Origin: Chamberlinius hualienensis
Taxonomy: Eukaryota
DNA length: 64,000 nt
Direction of reading: 5' to 3'
Assembly: GCA_054772095.1 (NCBI GenBank)
Contig: BAAGAE010000031.1
Location: 1,302,979-1,366,978, forward strand
In this document: positions 27,163 to 46,900 of the stretch, one piece after another
Position numbering within the stretch: position 1 is the stretch's first letter
How the letters are laid out: the number at the start of each line of letters is the position of its first letter
Notes under the pieces: model-generated
Databases searched by the model: none
What the model was told of the DNA's origin: nothing
Seen by the model: the letters and a program-made list of their open reading frames with translations, nothing else
Position numbers and translations under genes: made by a program

Positions 27163-28018
27163 GTTGCTCTTAGGTTGTAACTGATGACACAGGGCTACCA
27201 TTTTTAAAACATTTTAAATGGTTGAAATTTTAAAATCGCCAACCATAGTTTCCGTTACATGCCTCTTGGCATCTTAGTTATGAATACTACATAACGTCTT
27301 TACCGTTTAAAAATGCATTGAAGTTTAAGATTTAGGTTGCAATTTTGGGGCTTTTTTTTTAGTTTGTGTTACCGATACTTTTTTTTGCATTTTTAATGTA
27401 AGGGATTCCTCAAAAGTGGTGGAATAGATCGAATTCTGATCATTCAAGCAATTATCGATGCATTGATCGCTGACTATTGGCATCTCTTAAGCTTATTTTC
27501 TGGCTGACATAATATGATACTGTATGAGACCCGTAGTCCAACAAAATCAAACAATAACACTTACAAAAATCTCTATTCGCTGGGTAATTAAGCGATTTAC
27601 AGTCAAATTAGCGTCAATTCGGCCACATTAAACTAAAAGAGCTGTTTTAAAATATTAAAAAAAGCTGTTGACTAACACTTATAAATATTTCATTTGAAAC
27701 CATTATCACTGTAATACCCCATAATTTAAATTTTTTGAAATCTTGACACACGTCAAGTAAGCTACCCAAAAAAATAAGTTTGGTTAAATAATCACAGCCA
27801 ACTACTTCTACTTTTAAAATATACCGGTAAATAGCTTTTATGTTATATATAATGTTTCGAGTAACGCACAATTATAGCACGCACATTACTTTCGCTTTCT
27901 GAACTCTATAAACTATATTAATGCAATTTGACAAATATATCACCTTGTAACAGAGAAATCAAATTTAAATTAATTAACATGCGACTTTTTAAGGTAAACG
28001 ATCGTAAATTTCAATATG

Positions 28019-31000
28019 TCACAAACGATAAACGACAACAACGAAAGCCTCCCAGTTTTCAACATTAAAGGAATTTTTAAGTTGAAGAGTTTTAAAAATA
28101 AGTGGATAAGTGGCGCATATCTTCAGCACAGTAGAAATGGCCATAACGAGTATTAAGACATCTTCCTTGTCAATAACGTACATGGCATTCAACAGCTGTT
28201 CTGCCCATTCACGAATCTGAGACTCTGTGGATGCAAAGGATTTGGTCAAATCGGCTCCAGCGGTTATCAACATTTTCAAAACATCTTTCAAACTGCTGCA
28301 CAATAATAAAATGAATGACCTCGCAGTTTTACCTGCAACATTGTGATAAATTATAACTTAAAAATATTAATAAGGAATAAAACAGTTTACCTAAAGATTT
28401 AATTCCAGCACCGTCAAGAGCAGCCATCACTTCTTTGTCTGTTGCACAAGAATCAGATACTCTATCACTTGGTTGCCCATTTTTATTGGGAATTTCTGCC
28501 GTTTTAGCTAAATCCAAGTGAAATTTAGTTTTCATCGATGCAATAAAAGATTTAAATTCTGGATCTGTTGAGCCCCAACCTAAATGATCATTAGTGTTAA
28601 TCCGAGAAAACATTTCATATAATATTGATGGCAATACCCTTCTTCAAAATAGCTTTAACTGAATCGCTCAACAAATCACATTTGTCATCAATCAGATTTT
28701 GCATAATGGCAACACAGATTGGTGCCGAAGATGGACAAAATGAGGGTAGTTTCTCAATCTTTCTGCGAATTGTAATAGGTGGACGTATCGGAGCTGCAAA
28801 TGTATTGTTACTCGTTGACGAACTAATTATTGACGATGATGCGCACTGAATACTATCTGAAATGAATAAACCAGGTCGCATTGACTTAAAGCCCAAGCAA
28901 GCACGTGCAGCACCATTAACTTCGTTTCTAACGGTTGATTGTTGAATTCCAAAATTGCATTTGATCGATTGGATTGGAGTTCCAAAAGCAGACGATGGCG
29001 GCGGCGGAGTTCCAAATACAGGCGAAGGGATTGAAGCTCCATAAACAGCCAATGGCGGCGGTGGAGTTCCAAAAACAGTCTTTGGCGGCGGTGGAGTTCT
29101 AAAAATAGTCGATGGCGGCGGTGGCGGTGGACCTCCAAAAACAGATAATGGCTGGGCAGTTTCAATGGCAGCCGATGATAGTTGTACTTTAAAAGTAAAA
29201 GAATACAGCTGAAAACCATTCCTAAAAAAACATGAAATCGAAATTCGATGTTACCAGGAAGTGCCCCACAGCTGGCGCGGGAGCTTATTAAACTAGGAAA
29301 AGCAGAAGCAAAATCAACATGGAAATCAGAATCACGCTTAGCTGGCAGAGTAGAGCCTTTCCGCACCAGCTCCTCTTCGAATTCGAAATGTTCGCTCCGC
29401 TCCGCCCTCTGGGCAAAACGTTTCGAACATCCGATATCATCCGATCCAGTTTCTTGTGCTGTTAAAAAAATAAGTAAATCAGAGATTTCTTAAAAGTATG
29501 TAAGCAAGCAACTTTTTCAAATTAAAATATCTAATTCGCGAATTTATAGTTCTATAAACTACCAAATACAGAAAATGTATCCAAAAACGAGTTGAAAGCA
29601 ATATAAAAAAAACTTTAAAGTCTTAATAATCCAAAAACTCAGCAATAAATTAGACTTTCAACTTAAATATAAAGTATTTGTTAAGTTAGTCGGTTTAAAC
29701 AATTTATTTTAATTAATAGAAGTAGTGCAAATAATCACTATAACGACCCCATAAGCTAAGTAATAAATTAAGTTTTAAAAGAATACTTGCACAAATACGA
29801 AACAGCGTCGTCATGGTTTTTAGGTTGTTCTTGGGAGGCATTTACTGACTTTTTTTTGAATAACTTTTTTGGTGGTGGACCTTTTCTACCGGATAGCATG
29901 AAACGTGTACCGATTTTATCCAATCCTTCACGTACTTCAATTGTATCCTTTTCTCTAGAGCTGCTTCGAAAGTTTCCATCTTTTGGCAACTTAATGAAGA
30001 AGAGGATGACAGTAAGCTAATGACACGAAAAACATTTTCAAACAAAATGAGATACTCGATCTTTTACGAAGTACAGAGAAACTGTAGAAGGAGATCGCGA
30101 GTATCTGTATCTAATTTTGTTTGTAAATGTTCCTGGATGTCATTAACTTACTTCATCTTCTTCATCATTGGCCATAAGTAAACCTATCCCGCATCTCCGT
30201 AACCCCCTTACATTACCATGATATTCACTCGTGTCGCTAAATTGTCGCATTGTCCTTTCCTCAAAAGCTCCTTCAACATGAAAGAGGGAGCTAACCGAGT
30301 CTGGTAATTCTTTAAAAGAAAAATAATAATTTTTTAAAAAAAGTAGTTTCGTTTTCCGATCATTTATATGGGTAGTCGAATTAAAAGGTAACTTACCTTC
30401 ATAAATACTGTCTGAACAATTATCGAATAACCCGAAACCCATTGCAAAGTCTTCATCCATTTCACAATAACTATGGCTTATCTGTGACGGTATGGCCTAT
30501 CAATAATTTATCTAATCAATTAATGTGGTTAAAACAGTATTATAAGTTGCAAAACTGACTGCTGTTAATCGCCGAGGTTTAATGTAAGCTTTCGTTGCGC
30601 TTATCATACGCTTTTGGTGTGGCTGCATTTCCCATGCACAATCCATCTCAATCGTATTTATTTCTAAAGCTTTAGTTTTATTCATGAGATATATAAAAGA
30701 ATTTATACATTAACATTAATTTTAAACATAGTCTGCTAGATTAGTCCTGCACATTTATCGCTTACTTTCGTGTTCGATTTCACTTTCAAGTGATTCAGGG
30801 ATAGGCCTACGGTCTGAACCTTCTTCAAACGGATACTCTATGTATGAAATCCGGTCAACATCTTCTGCTTTCAACAATTTGTCAATAATTATGGCATTGG
30901 TTTGCTTGTCGATTTTCTCCTATACAGAACAAAAACAAAAGTTGAATAACATCAACATGTTTTAAGGTAGAAGTGCTACCTTATTTCTAGCTTCAATAGC

Positions 31001-34000
31001 AACGAAGCTGGTTAATGGAGACAAAATTCCGTGCGTTTTACTCAACTCAATAATTTCCCATTTTTTTGCTATTTTATAGTCTTTTTCTATTAAACAGTCG
31101 TCATCCTGAAGTCCTTCGTTCCAATCACGAATCAGGGCTCTGGCTGTTAATTCATGAAGAATCTAATGAATGATATATTCATTAGATTACTTTAAAAACA
31201 TCTTTAAAAAATTTAACCACAATGTTATCATACTTTGCCCTGCGTTTTGGCCAAGTCAGACGTAGATACAATAGTTGTCACTTCAATTCCACGAACCTTT
31301 GCTTTTAGCGTTACCTAAGAATATTTCAATAAAGCTTTATCACAAAAACAAATTAGTTTAATTTACCAAGTTGCAGTGTGACACAAATCCATAAACTAAC
31401 TGTCGACTGCCATGAAATATTGGAGGAAATTTGATGGGTGATTGCACTGGAGCTGGAGAATCATTATCAAACAGCTGCCATTCAACATTTACATCGGTTA
31501 GGACAGGTTGAGCAACTTTTTGAAGCTGATAATCAATCTATTATAAATGCAAATACATTTTTCTTTAACAAAAAGTCAATAAGGTAGACTATAATCTACC
31601 AAACGTTAAAATGGTAAAATGCTAGGAAAAATATTACTATGCCTTTTTCATCCATTTTGAATTAATTTTCAAGTCAAAATCTTCAAAAGCACCGGAACCT
31701 TTATACGCCAATTTCTTCAATGCATGTTTATCACATGGAAATCTTAATATTCATTTTTAACTTATTAAAGTTAGTTAAGAGCCCGTTTCAGTGTTCTTAC
31801 TTTGCTGATCCAATTCCCAATGTAAAAATTCTAGTTCTCAATTGAAATTCTAAGGTAGCTGCCATTAAGTGGCTAGAATTTCTAAAATAACCATCTGATA
31901 TTACAAAAACGTTTTGCAATTGTCCTTCCGGTGGCGCAAGTAACATCAAGGATTTTAACGGCAACAGCACATCTGTACAACCCATGTCTGCTGTTGCTTT
32001 CTGTAATCACGATTAATGCATCAGAAGAATTATGCCATTTTTAACATTTTATATTTAGTTAATTTACCTCGATAAATTCCTGTGCAGCTGCAGCATTGAC
32101 GAGCGACTTCGGTTGAGATGTTGCAAATAGTTCTTTCCACACTGAAAGTGATAAATGGCGTAAAGATTTCAATTTGAATTTCCAAAAAATATGACTGAAC
32201 CTTACCCGAGCCAAAAATGATTACATTGAAATTCCAGTCGGACGGAATTTTACGAATACACAGCATCGCAATAATTTTAGCCATTGTAAATAAATCTCCT
32301 CTCATTGAATTCGATGCATCCAGCATAATGATAACCGTGGAATCAGAACTCACGGAACTCTCCATTTCAAATGCTGGGTAAAATGCTAACATACAAGCCT
32401 TAAAAAAATATACAGTTAGTTAGTTAGCTCAGTGATAACGAGTTGAAAAGTTTTGTAAGTAGAAAACTTTTTTGCATTAAGTTCTATCAAATGAAACAAA
32501 AATGTAATAAAAGTAATAACATTACTTGTGAAGATTTTTCTGGATGGTCCTCTACCCACATTCTAGGAACATGAATCTCGGCTAACTCGATTATTAATTC
32601 AAATCCATTCAAGAGATTTTCTCCTGCAGCCAACCTAACAGTAGCCATGGTTTCTGTTTTCTATTAAAAAAAAAATATCACGTCATACGCGTCGAAAAAA
32701 CATTAGATAGTCACTATATCGTTACTTTAATTTCTATACGATTGAGTGGAGATGAAATTCTTCTTATTGGAAATAGCATTTCAATGCCAACTTCTACTGA
32801 CTCTCTCATTCCTTTCTTGGTTATTCCTTTTGGTAGGCGAAATGCCATATGTTCCCCTTCAGTGGCAAGTTCAGTGACAAAGGTTATCTTAATAACAACT
32901 GCTGTCATTGGAGGTAAATTTCCAACGGTGACTGAAAAAGTTTCCTAAACACATGAAGTCGTATTAATTTCAATAACGACATTTGTACAGAAATAATTGC
33001 CTCTTTTTCTTCATCCATCAAATACCCTCCATGTCCCTTTTCAACAGCTTCTTTATACATCTGGTGAGCTTTTTTCTTTTCTTGAACTTCACCAACGATA
33101 TGTTTCGAACCAATGAAGGCTTCAAAACCACAAACAGCAGTTTCATCATTCAACGGAAAAATAAATTTGGTTTCTTTTAAAGTAGTTGTTGACCTTTTGA
33201 AATACTCCTGAATTATAACCACCTGAAAATACGAATTGGGTCATAAACAAAACTAGTCATAAAAATTTAATAAGTGTACTACATTTGCAGCTAAATCGAT
33301 GATTCGAGATCGAACATGTACTGCCCTAAGTGGAATTTTTTCCCCGTTCTGACTTTCCAGTCTCCATTTAATGGAACCCAGTTGTTCTTCTTTCAAGGCG
33401 AGGATATTTTCCAAAGTAAGTGATTCTGATGTCAGAGTTTTCAAGTCGGTTTTAGCTTTGGAAGACCATAAATTATGATCATCTATTTCGGTCTTAACAG
33501 CAGATTTTGATAGCTCATCTCCAGGAAGAGTAAATTCAATTAAATGTGTTAAACGCTGCTGACAGGCATCATACACCACAAACTCATCATTCTACATTGC
33601 AGAGATTGAATTTTAAATATTAAAATTACAATACAAATACAATTCTTTACGTTGAAATGATCCCCAATCAATCCGTGAACACTATTGTAATCATTCGGTG
33701 GAGAGGTTAAATAGGGACTAGGAGCAGAAGTTTCATAGCACTTTCCTAAAGCAACTTCAGCCACAGCAATCAAACGACTCCCTCTAGTAATACCTGCCGC
33801 AGTATATCCGGCACCAGCTCTGTAATTAAAGCAATAATTATTTTATTCTATAACAACGATGTTATAAAGTTAATGACATTAATGAATTGGTGAAGTAAAT
33901 TCCACTTCCAAGTTTTCCATATATTTCTTCATTTTCAAATACTGAAAGAAATTTCGAAGGCAATAAACCCCTAAAAAATATCCGTTGTTAAACGTTTAGC

Positions 34001-35983
34001 ATTTTTGATATTACATGTTCATGCTATACCGTGATAAAATTCCCAAAAAATTCTTAAACGCACTTCCATGAAATAAAATCTGTTTATTTGGAATATCAAA
34101 TTTAAAGTGGTCATCTTCAACTGTACGTCGAACTGCAAATATATTATGTATCTGAACTTTAGCACCATTTTCCTTTATTTTATTTAACACAGCCGTATAT
34201 TCCTCCGATTCTTCGTGAACTTTCGTTATACGGCAATTTAATGCTTTATAAGCCCCGACAATTCCATCTGGATTCGCTTCGGCAACGCCCAATACGTCTC
34301 TAAATAACTGAAATAAAATAGTAGTTACTTGAAAGAATTAAAGCAAAGTAGTCCCATTTAAATATTACTTGTAAAAATTCTTTTTGCCTCGATAAGTTTG
34401 TCTTACTAGATAAATCAGCTTCACTTTGTTGCGGAATAAGAGCGTGATACTTTTTCACAAGTTCATCAATTTCGTTTGTTGAACCACGGTCGATTAGATT
34501 AGCAATTTCAATCAAAATGTTTTCAGCTTCATCGACCTAGCGTATTAAAGCATAAAAAATAAAATCTCAAATGCATGAACAATCTCCACTCTCTATAAAA
34601 TCAACCAACAGTTGTAGAATTTATATAATCATTATTTTAATGCATAATTTGAAAGTGAAACTTACATCTTTTAAAGAAACTTTAATTTGATCAATTGGTT
34701 GGTTGATCCCAACACTTCCAAAAGTATCTTTCCAAATATCAGCCACCAACCGTTTTATTTCAGGATCAATCTGGTCTTGTGTCACCGATAAAGTATCCAG
34801 TATCTTATATCAATAGAGTTAAAAATTAGAATTATTTAAAGTTAATTACAAAAAAAAAGTGTATTCAACCTTTTGAAATTCAGTTGATCCAACAAATGGT
34901 TGAATAGACTCAGTAATGACATCGCATATTGAGAGTGAACGTGGAGGTACCATCAACGCTTGAATTTGTTTTGAGTAATTTTCCAATACAACTGAACTTT
35001 CATTAGTAAATCGACAAGTTCTAGATGTTGTTTTACCCGATCCTATTCGACGCTTTATCTGAGACAAATAATTTAAATTAATCAAAAAAATAATTATATA
35101 ACAATTGTTATCATCCGGCTTTAACGAACATTAGCTTCTTCAGATGATCCAATAAAACAAAAAAGACAATATCTTGGAATGGCATAATCGTCTGTAGTTT
35201 TGGTCTGAACATGGATTTCAACTGTTCCAAAAATTGTTTCTCCACTGATCAGCGACTGGCCCTATATATGGTTCGATGTAACTTAATCACAGTCACTTTA
35301 ACCAAATCGAATTTTAACTACATTAAATAAACCCTAAACTGTATAATACCTTTAACAAAGTAAATTTGGCCAATGTATACGGGTTATCGTAAAAAGCTGG
35401 CATACTTGGATCCAAATAGTCCCAAACTTTAACGTGTCGCGCACTTGAACTGGAGGCAGAAAGTCGACTATTTTCGGTCTCCAATACTATTTTTTAAAAC
35501 TTTTAATTAAACTTCGAACTTCAACAAACAAAAATAACTTTTTCAGTTGGTTAAAAATTACTTGGTATTTTTCCATTTTTGAAAGAGTCATTTAAACCTT
35601 TACTGACAGTCGACTCAAAACTGATAATAAAATTGCTTGGAGATAGCAAAGATTGATCATCCACACAATTATCGATGAATAGCTCGCTGACAATTGGTAC
35701 TCCGTATTTTCTGGCTGACCTAATATGATTGCCACTACTAGATGAGGATCCATCATCCAGCAAAATCAAGCAGTAACACTGTAAACAAAATTCAACGTCA
35801 TGATTAGAACATATTATACTAAAAAATGCAACTCGCCTTTTTCGTGACAATATAGGAAATGACACCATCATTTGACGTGATTTTCTTCCTTAATTTTGAT
35901 TTCGCTTCAAAGGTAGCGGTTCCCTGGCAAACAGCAAATGTGGTGCCGATGAAAATTCCCTTCTTCACTTTCTTTAACTTCAT
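28019..35983 (-). CDS. PARP4: Vault poly(ADP-ribose) polymerase PARP4 (vPARP), multi-exon gene span; BRCT, PARP catalytic, VIT, vWA, proline-rich repeat and C-terminal MVP-interaction-like region
   Basis: There are ORF-fragment matches to human PARP4 along the gene. The BRCT exon at 35549-35983 reads MKLKKVKKGIFIG...CLILLDDGS...VPIVSELFIDNCVD (human THIILDNADV...HVHIANPDFIWKSI). PARP regulatory/catalytic exons at 33600-34520 include HGSAFKNFLGILS, the catalytic H-G-S motif. Exons at 33253-33579 read PLRAVHVRSRIIDLAANVV (human PLEDVHIKGRIIDTVAQVI). The VIT domain at 32905-33222 reads KFIFPLNDETAVCGFEAFIGSKHIVGEVQEKKKAHQMYKEAVEKGHGGYLM (human AKYIFPLDDKAAVCGFEAFINGKHIVGEIKEKEEAQQEYLEAVTQGHGAYLM). 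The vWA exons at 32030-32400 read IIMLDASNSMRG. A large exon at 28620-29214 carries the FGTPPPP repeats and ends KCDLLSDSVKAILKKG. The last exon at 28019-28303 has its stop at 28019-28021. The start codon is the reverse complement of 35981-35983. Confidence 0.85.
28940..29170 (-). repeat. PARP4: Coding tandem repeat (about 39-bp unit, about 5 copies) encoding (V/I)FGTPPPP(x) motifs inside the PARP4 proline-rich region
   Basis: On the minus strand: ccaccgccaccgccgccatcgactatttttagaactccaccgccgccaaagactgtttttggaactccaccgccgccattggctgtttatggagcttcaatcccttcgcctgtatttggaactccgccgccgccatcgtctgcttttggaactcca. This translates to PPPPPPSTIFRTPPPPKTVFGTPPPPLAVYGASIPSPVFGTPPPPSSAFGTP. Confidence 0.8.
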
Positions 35984-37107
35984 TTTTAATTTTATACGAC
36001 TTTACTTCCTTTAAAAAATACACGCGATTCAATCAGTAGTACAGTCTAGTTTACTTCAGACGTATAATCATATAGACTACCGCAAATGTCAATATGTGCA
36101 CTTATTCTTTAAAATACAATTTTACCTTTGTCATTTAATGTACATCAGACATAACCATTCACGAATTTTAAATTAAAATTGGATGCTAAATGTGTTAGTC
36201 TTGCGTAATAAACTGCATATAAAATAGCATATGACTATGACAGCTGTATAATGTCGAGTGATCTTAACAACCGGTTACTACGTGTGAACATCAAAACAAG
36301 ATAAGATAGCCTAGACGTTTGGGCAATCCAAACTAGATAGTTTGTTTATCATAGAGTTGGAATGACTGCCATTGGTTGGCCTAGTTATCTAGGATGTTAA
36401 TGATTCAATGGTCAGGCCGTCAGATGATTCAAGGTTACGCTGTAGTCGCCATCTATGAATTATTGATATATTTCCATTAGCGGGTAATTTAAAAGAACTA
36501 CACCAATGGATATCCTCAACTATGAAAAACCTGTACCCATAAACGTTTTTTATTAGGATTAACTGTTTGAACTACACAATGAGAAGCTGTTGTCTCACTT
36601 TCATTAAATCTAACGACGTCAAAAGTTGCCTTAATTTGGCAGATACTAAAAAATATTACTGTGTCTCAGTTCTCCTTGGTTGACTGAAGCGACTTTTACT
36701 CTTAGCGCCATCTGTCGTCCTATTCAAGCTTTTTCATGGGAAACACTTTTCCAATGTGTGAAGTTGTGAACATCAGTAATTATTGTGAACTATAGTTTTA
36801 GAGTACTTGACAACATACTGTTTTCGTTAGATTCATTTGTAAATAGTACTATTTTTATTTTAAAGTTTTTTTTTGTATTTTAAATATTTTTTCCGTTATT
36901 TCAGTTGGTCGAAAACACATTTCGAGTAAGAGGTCATTAGCTGTAGTCTGTCGTCTGCTTCAGTTGTCTATTATTCTGTGATTTCTGTCTAAGAGGAACT
37001 CGGGTTATGTTTGAATTTGGTTGAATTCGTGACATATTACCTTTTGGCGATTACATTTTTATGGTGATTCCCGAGTGACTCTTCTACAAATTATTCAGCA
37101 TTTAAAA
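35984..37107. promoter_or_regulatory. Putative bidirectional promoter / shared 5' region between the divergent PARP4 (-) and KAT2 (+) genes
   Basis: The start codons are at 35983 (minus) and 37108 (plus) with no ORF between them. The TSS positions are unknown. Confidence 0.45.
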
Positions 37108-42216
<5,109 letters not shown>

Positions 42217-43932
42217 AGTAATCTGTTCAGCTATGTACTGTATATAGTAAAAATTTTGTAATTATTATTTTTTATCATCATTGTAGTTAATTTTTCTTGA
42301 TTTGCCTTATGAGTTAAAGCAATTTTTTTCTTCTTCATTGCTTCATTCAGGTATCTCAAGAAATAAACGTATCGATGTGGTAAGCTCTGTTTTACAGAAC
42401 TAATGTACTGTATGTTTAAACCCAAAACGATTTTTACCAAAACATTTATTGCGTGTAATTAATTGAAAATGGCTCATTCATTTTATTAACTTTATATTTA
42501 ATTCTATTAACAGTTTTCTTTACAAGTGAAAGTAAACTCGATATGGCATTAATTTCATCCATATTTAAGCAATCATGAATTCGTATAATAAAAATTGTAA
42601 CTGATTTAAGATTGGTGTCGTTGCTGTACGGTTTTGTTTATATTAATTTTTCTAAATTTTAATGTTAGCACGGGATTAAATAGACACACGAAACAGGAAC
42701 TGGCATTAGGCTTTCATGTATAATAATATTAACAAACGATTCACATATAAAATGCATGTTTTATATTGCCCTAAACTTTCATATACAGTAGATGAAATTG
42801 TCCTTAATTATGTTGTAACATCATTGATGAGCACTTCAAACGACATTTATATGGCAAAATTATGTTTTTAGGTTATATATAACATAAACGACTTTTAATC
42901 ACATTCTCTTTGGTCATAAACTAATTTAACACGCATTTTGTCGCTCGTAATTCGATTAGTTGGCGGAGAATGACATATCGATCCGTATATTTAATTCTGC
43001 AGTGCGCTAGTATATAATAGATAAATTTTATCTTTTTCAATAGGAAAAGATAAGAGAGGCCTCTTTAACTTCAAATTGATGGGCTCTTGTATTTTCCTCG
43101 ACAATTTATATACACGTCTGCATATACTCGTTCCGTATATGAGTAAGTACCGTTGTTTCTATCAAGTGAATTTTGCGGTCGATTTTTTTTTGTTGATCGA
43201 ATCTAAAGCCAAGGGAGGGTTTTGTGCGTGCTGTAGTGTAAAATCCCGGTCATGACGTCATCAGAGGTCTACTTTCGTTAGCTCGGGTTTTCATGATGCA
43301 TAGAAAATATATGTGGGTATTCATAACACCGCGTTTTGATCGTTCACGTCCTCGGTAACGTTACGTTTAGCAATGAATCATTTAATTTCGGTTTATATAT
43401 AACAGTTTTGGTAAAGTTGCAAACAAAAAAATAACGTTTCTAAATTATTTTGCATGATTTTATTTGCAATCAATTAGTTTTTTTTTATTGTGTTGACAAG
43501 TGTTGTGTTGAATAGCTCACCTTTAAACTGGCCGCGCCTAAAATCAGCATATACACAACATATAACTATAATCATGTGCCGTGTGATTAATTTCATTTTG
43601 CCTGTAAAAATTAGCAGTATTTATAGTCAATGCGGGAATTGGATGCAGCAAACATGGTAAATGTACCTGGCGGTTTTTTGTTAGTTATACTGCAGTAATA
43701 TACAGCAAAACATGTGTGTAGTTAATATGTGTGGTACTCGAAAACAAAATGTTTATTTAATAATCGCTATCTGACGGCTAAGTATACAGCGAATTTGTCC
43801 ATTTAAATGGTAAAACGACTAAAAAAGAAAAAATAAAACGCTTCTCAGCTGATTGGCAAGACAGTCGATGCGACGTTTTCGTTCAATGTTCAGCACAGTT
43901 GGCAGCTGCACTCAGCTGAGAAAGAGAGAAAA

Positions 43933-46900
43933 ATGTTTGACTGTTGGCTAATATTGGCAATTGGATCACTATTCATCTTTAAACATGTAAGTTTTATCTT
44001 ACTATAATTTTAAAAAAATTATAAATTTTTGCTGAGATCAATTTTTGTTACATCAACTGTCATATTTAACTCCATGCATATAATTAGTAGAATTTATTCA
44101 AATAAAGTCTTTATAAAGTTGATTTGGTTAGGTTTGAATTTGCAACAATTCATAGCTTACTGTATACTTTGGGTTAATTAAAAACATGGTGACCAAAACA
44201 TTAGAGCGATTAGAGAGCTCGTTGTCTTCAAACGACAACATTCATTAATCGCATCAACAACAACAAAAATGCCAATAAAGTTTCAGAACGATATTAGAAT
44301 GCATGTTTTGTCTATGACTTATTTTATTAGCCAAAATAATTTTTAAATCGAACTTTAAGTTATTACAATAATTAAAATGGTTGATAATTTTATTCTAATT
44401 TTTAAAACGACAAACGTCTAACCAAATAATTATCATATTGTTGAAGATCTTGTTAAAAACAGTACTTTAAAATATCATAAAAAAGTATTTAAATAACCAT
44501 CAAGAAGATCAAGTTCAACATCGAAATTGCCCTAACTACTTACATAAAATAACTATTCAAGTACCATATTTGACTTTATAAGCTTAATGCAATATAATAT
44601 GCTGCATTTTGTGTAAAATCGGTAATTTTGCAAATTATGCTTAGATTCAATGTTAAATAGGGTGGAGGTTCCACCCTTGTTTATGTTTTCCTGGCATTGC
44701 ACCGGAGCTTACAGGTTTTTCTTAATAACTGTCTTTAGCTCTGATTTCGGCTTACCCAAATACTGCAACATCACTCATGCAATTTGTCGGCAAAACTCTT
44801 TGGATAAAGGAAATACTGGATAATATTAAAATAATTACAATATGCAATAAATTGTACTACCATGTCGTGTTAACTCAACATTTAGCACATTTTTATTGAT
44901 CACGGCACAGACCGTTTTACAGAATGGTTATTGCAAGATTTGGTGGCCTTACTTATAAATCGTTTTATGCGGATATTTGTACATTGTGAATGGGTTACAA
45001 TAAAAAACAATGTCTGCATAAGAGCGTCAATTTTTGGTAAAGTGCCAAATACTAAGCTAGATTTATATGAAAATAGAAGGAGGGAGTGTTTTAACGAAGT
45101 ATATCGTGATCGGACAAAATGCTAACTATAAAAAACAAACAAATCAGAAAAAAGTGGCTTATACAAAGGGACTAAAGAACCATCCTTTTCGTTTCATACG
45201 CGACTAGATTTATTGTTGCACGGTTAATGCCAGGAGATAAATATGACATTGATTGTTATCTGTATTGCGACTCAGGACAATACCCTCTATATAAAGCACT
45301 CAACAAACATCACTCATTCATCAATGAAACTATATTCGTATATACCGTACTTTAATAAATATAAGTAAAGGCGTTGATCTTCCGGAAACTTTAAGCAGTG
45401 CAGTCATTCCAAATAAGACATCCAGAATAGTCAGCATTAAAATAACAATCATGAAATATTATAATAAATATCACATGCTTTAAACATGCCAAGTGTCATA
45501 AATTATTATTAAAATTTATTTGGTATTTATATACAGGTTTTTCCACTTTTTTTAAACATGAAATTCGATTCCAAAAAACATAAATTTTATTTAAAAAATT
45601 TTTGGATTTTAAAAACCTGTAAAAAATATTTGAGCAATTTAGAAAATGTAGCTCAGTTTTTTTATTCGACTAACTCTTCAATAATTAACTAAAACAATAA
45701 CATTATAAAAACATTAGGTGGCATTTTAAAAACAATTAATTTTAATGTACGTAAGTTTCAATGTGCTACAATTTCCAAAACTAATTTTTTTTTCTTTTAA
45801 ATTTTTTAGGCAATGTGTAATGCTGAATGTGATGAATTTGAGTAAGTAATTTCTTTCTAATTGGAAATTAGATGCCTATTTTTTCCTCTGAAAGTCGTAA
45901 TGCACTTTAATTCATATTTTCGTATTTTATGTAACTATTTTAAGATCAATTTTGTTACATTTTAGTTGCCTTCCATTTCAAGAATGTTGCGAAGGAAAAT
46001 GCTGCTTAAACAATATTTACCCCGGTAAAACGAACGAAAGAACAGATATCCCTACTCGTATTTTGTCTTACGATTATTATTCTTATTCGTTTTGGAACGT
46101 ATGGTATTTCTGGTAAATATTTTCTATAGTTTAAAAGTGTCAGTGAAATGTACCGTATAGTTTTGTTTATTGATAAAGGTTTATAATGATCTTTCTTACC
46201 ATCTCATGTGTTGGCGGGTGTGGATATTGGCGATGTCATCGCTATCATCACCATCACCAACTCTCTCATCATCAAATCGATTCCAATCGATTTCAGAGGG
46301 AAAGATGCAATAGTCAAACTCATGTTCAAGAATTCGAATTACCAAATGGACCGCCGAATAATAGGCAATTTCCTAATTCGACACTGCCACCTTTGCGATT
46401 TATTCATCATGTTGGAAGTTATTTACATCCACCGCCATACAACGAAGTGAGTTAATCATCACATTAAAAAAAACTATAAAATATCTCGCTCAAATAAGGT
46501 AATATACTTTACACATTTCGATTTGAATTTTAGGTGACTTCCAAGCCAGATATGTATCCTTTAGTTCAAAGTGGGCATGAAATCGATTTATCTAAAAATG
46601 ATCCTCTAGCCTTTGTTTATGCAAATACGAATTTTATACATTTATATATGCCTTACAATTCAGGTAATGCCACTGATAATTTATTATAAATACTATATAT
46701 TTGAATGATGACTGCTAATTGTAGGTGCAATTAATTATGTGCCATCTCCAGCGGAGTCTAATGCATCAAGTGTTTTTCAGTCGACAGCAACATCAAATTT
46801 CATGTCTCCGCCACCATACGGTGATGGTAAGATCAGATTTTCGTAAATGAACAATTTAAAAATCTTAAGTTCTAGAAAATTTTGATTTTAGTCATGGGCC

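Noticed and set aside
28827-29366. 179-aa minus ORF with HRHRRHRLFLELHRR repeats
   Set aside because: It is an out-of-frame reading of the PARP4 proline-rich tandem repeat plus intron read-through. The correct frame gives FGTPPPP repeats contiguous with the PARP4 C-terminal region.
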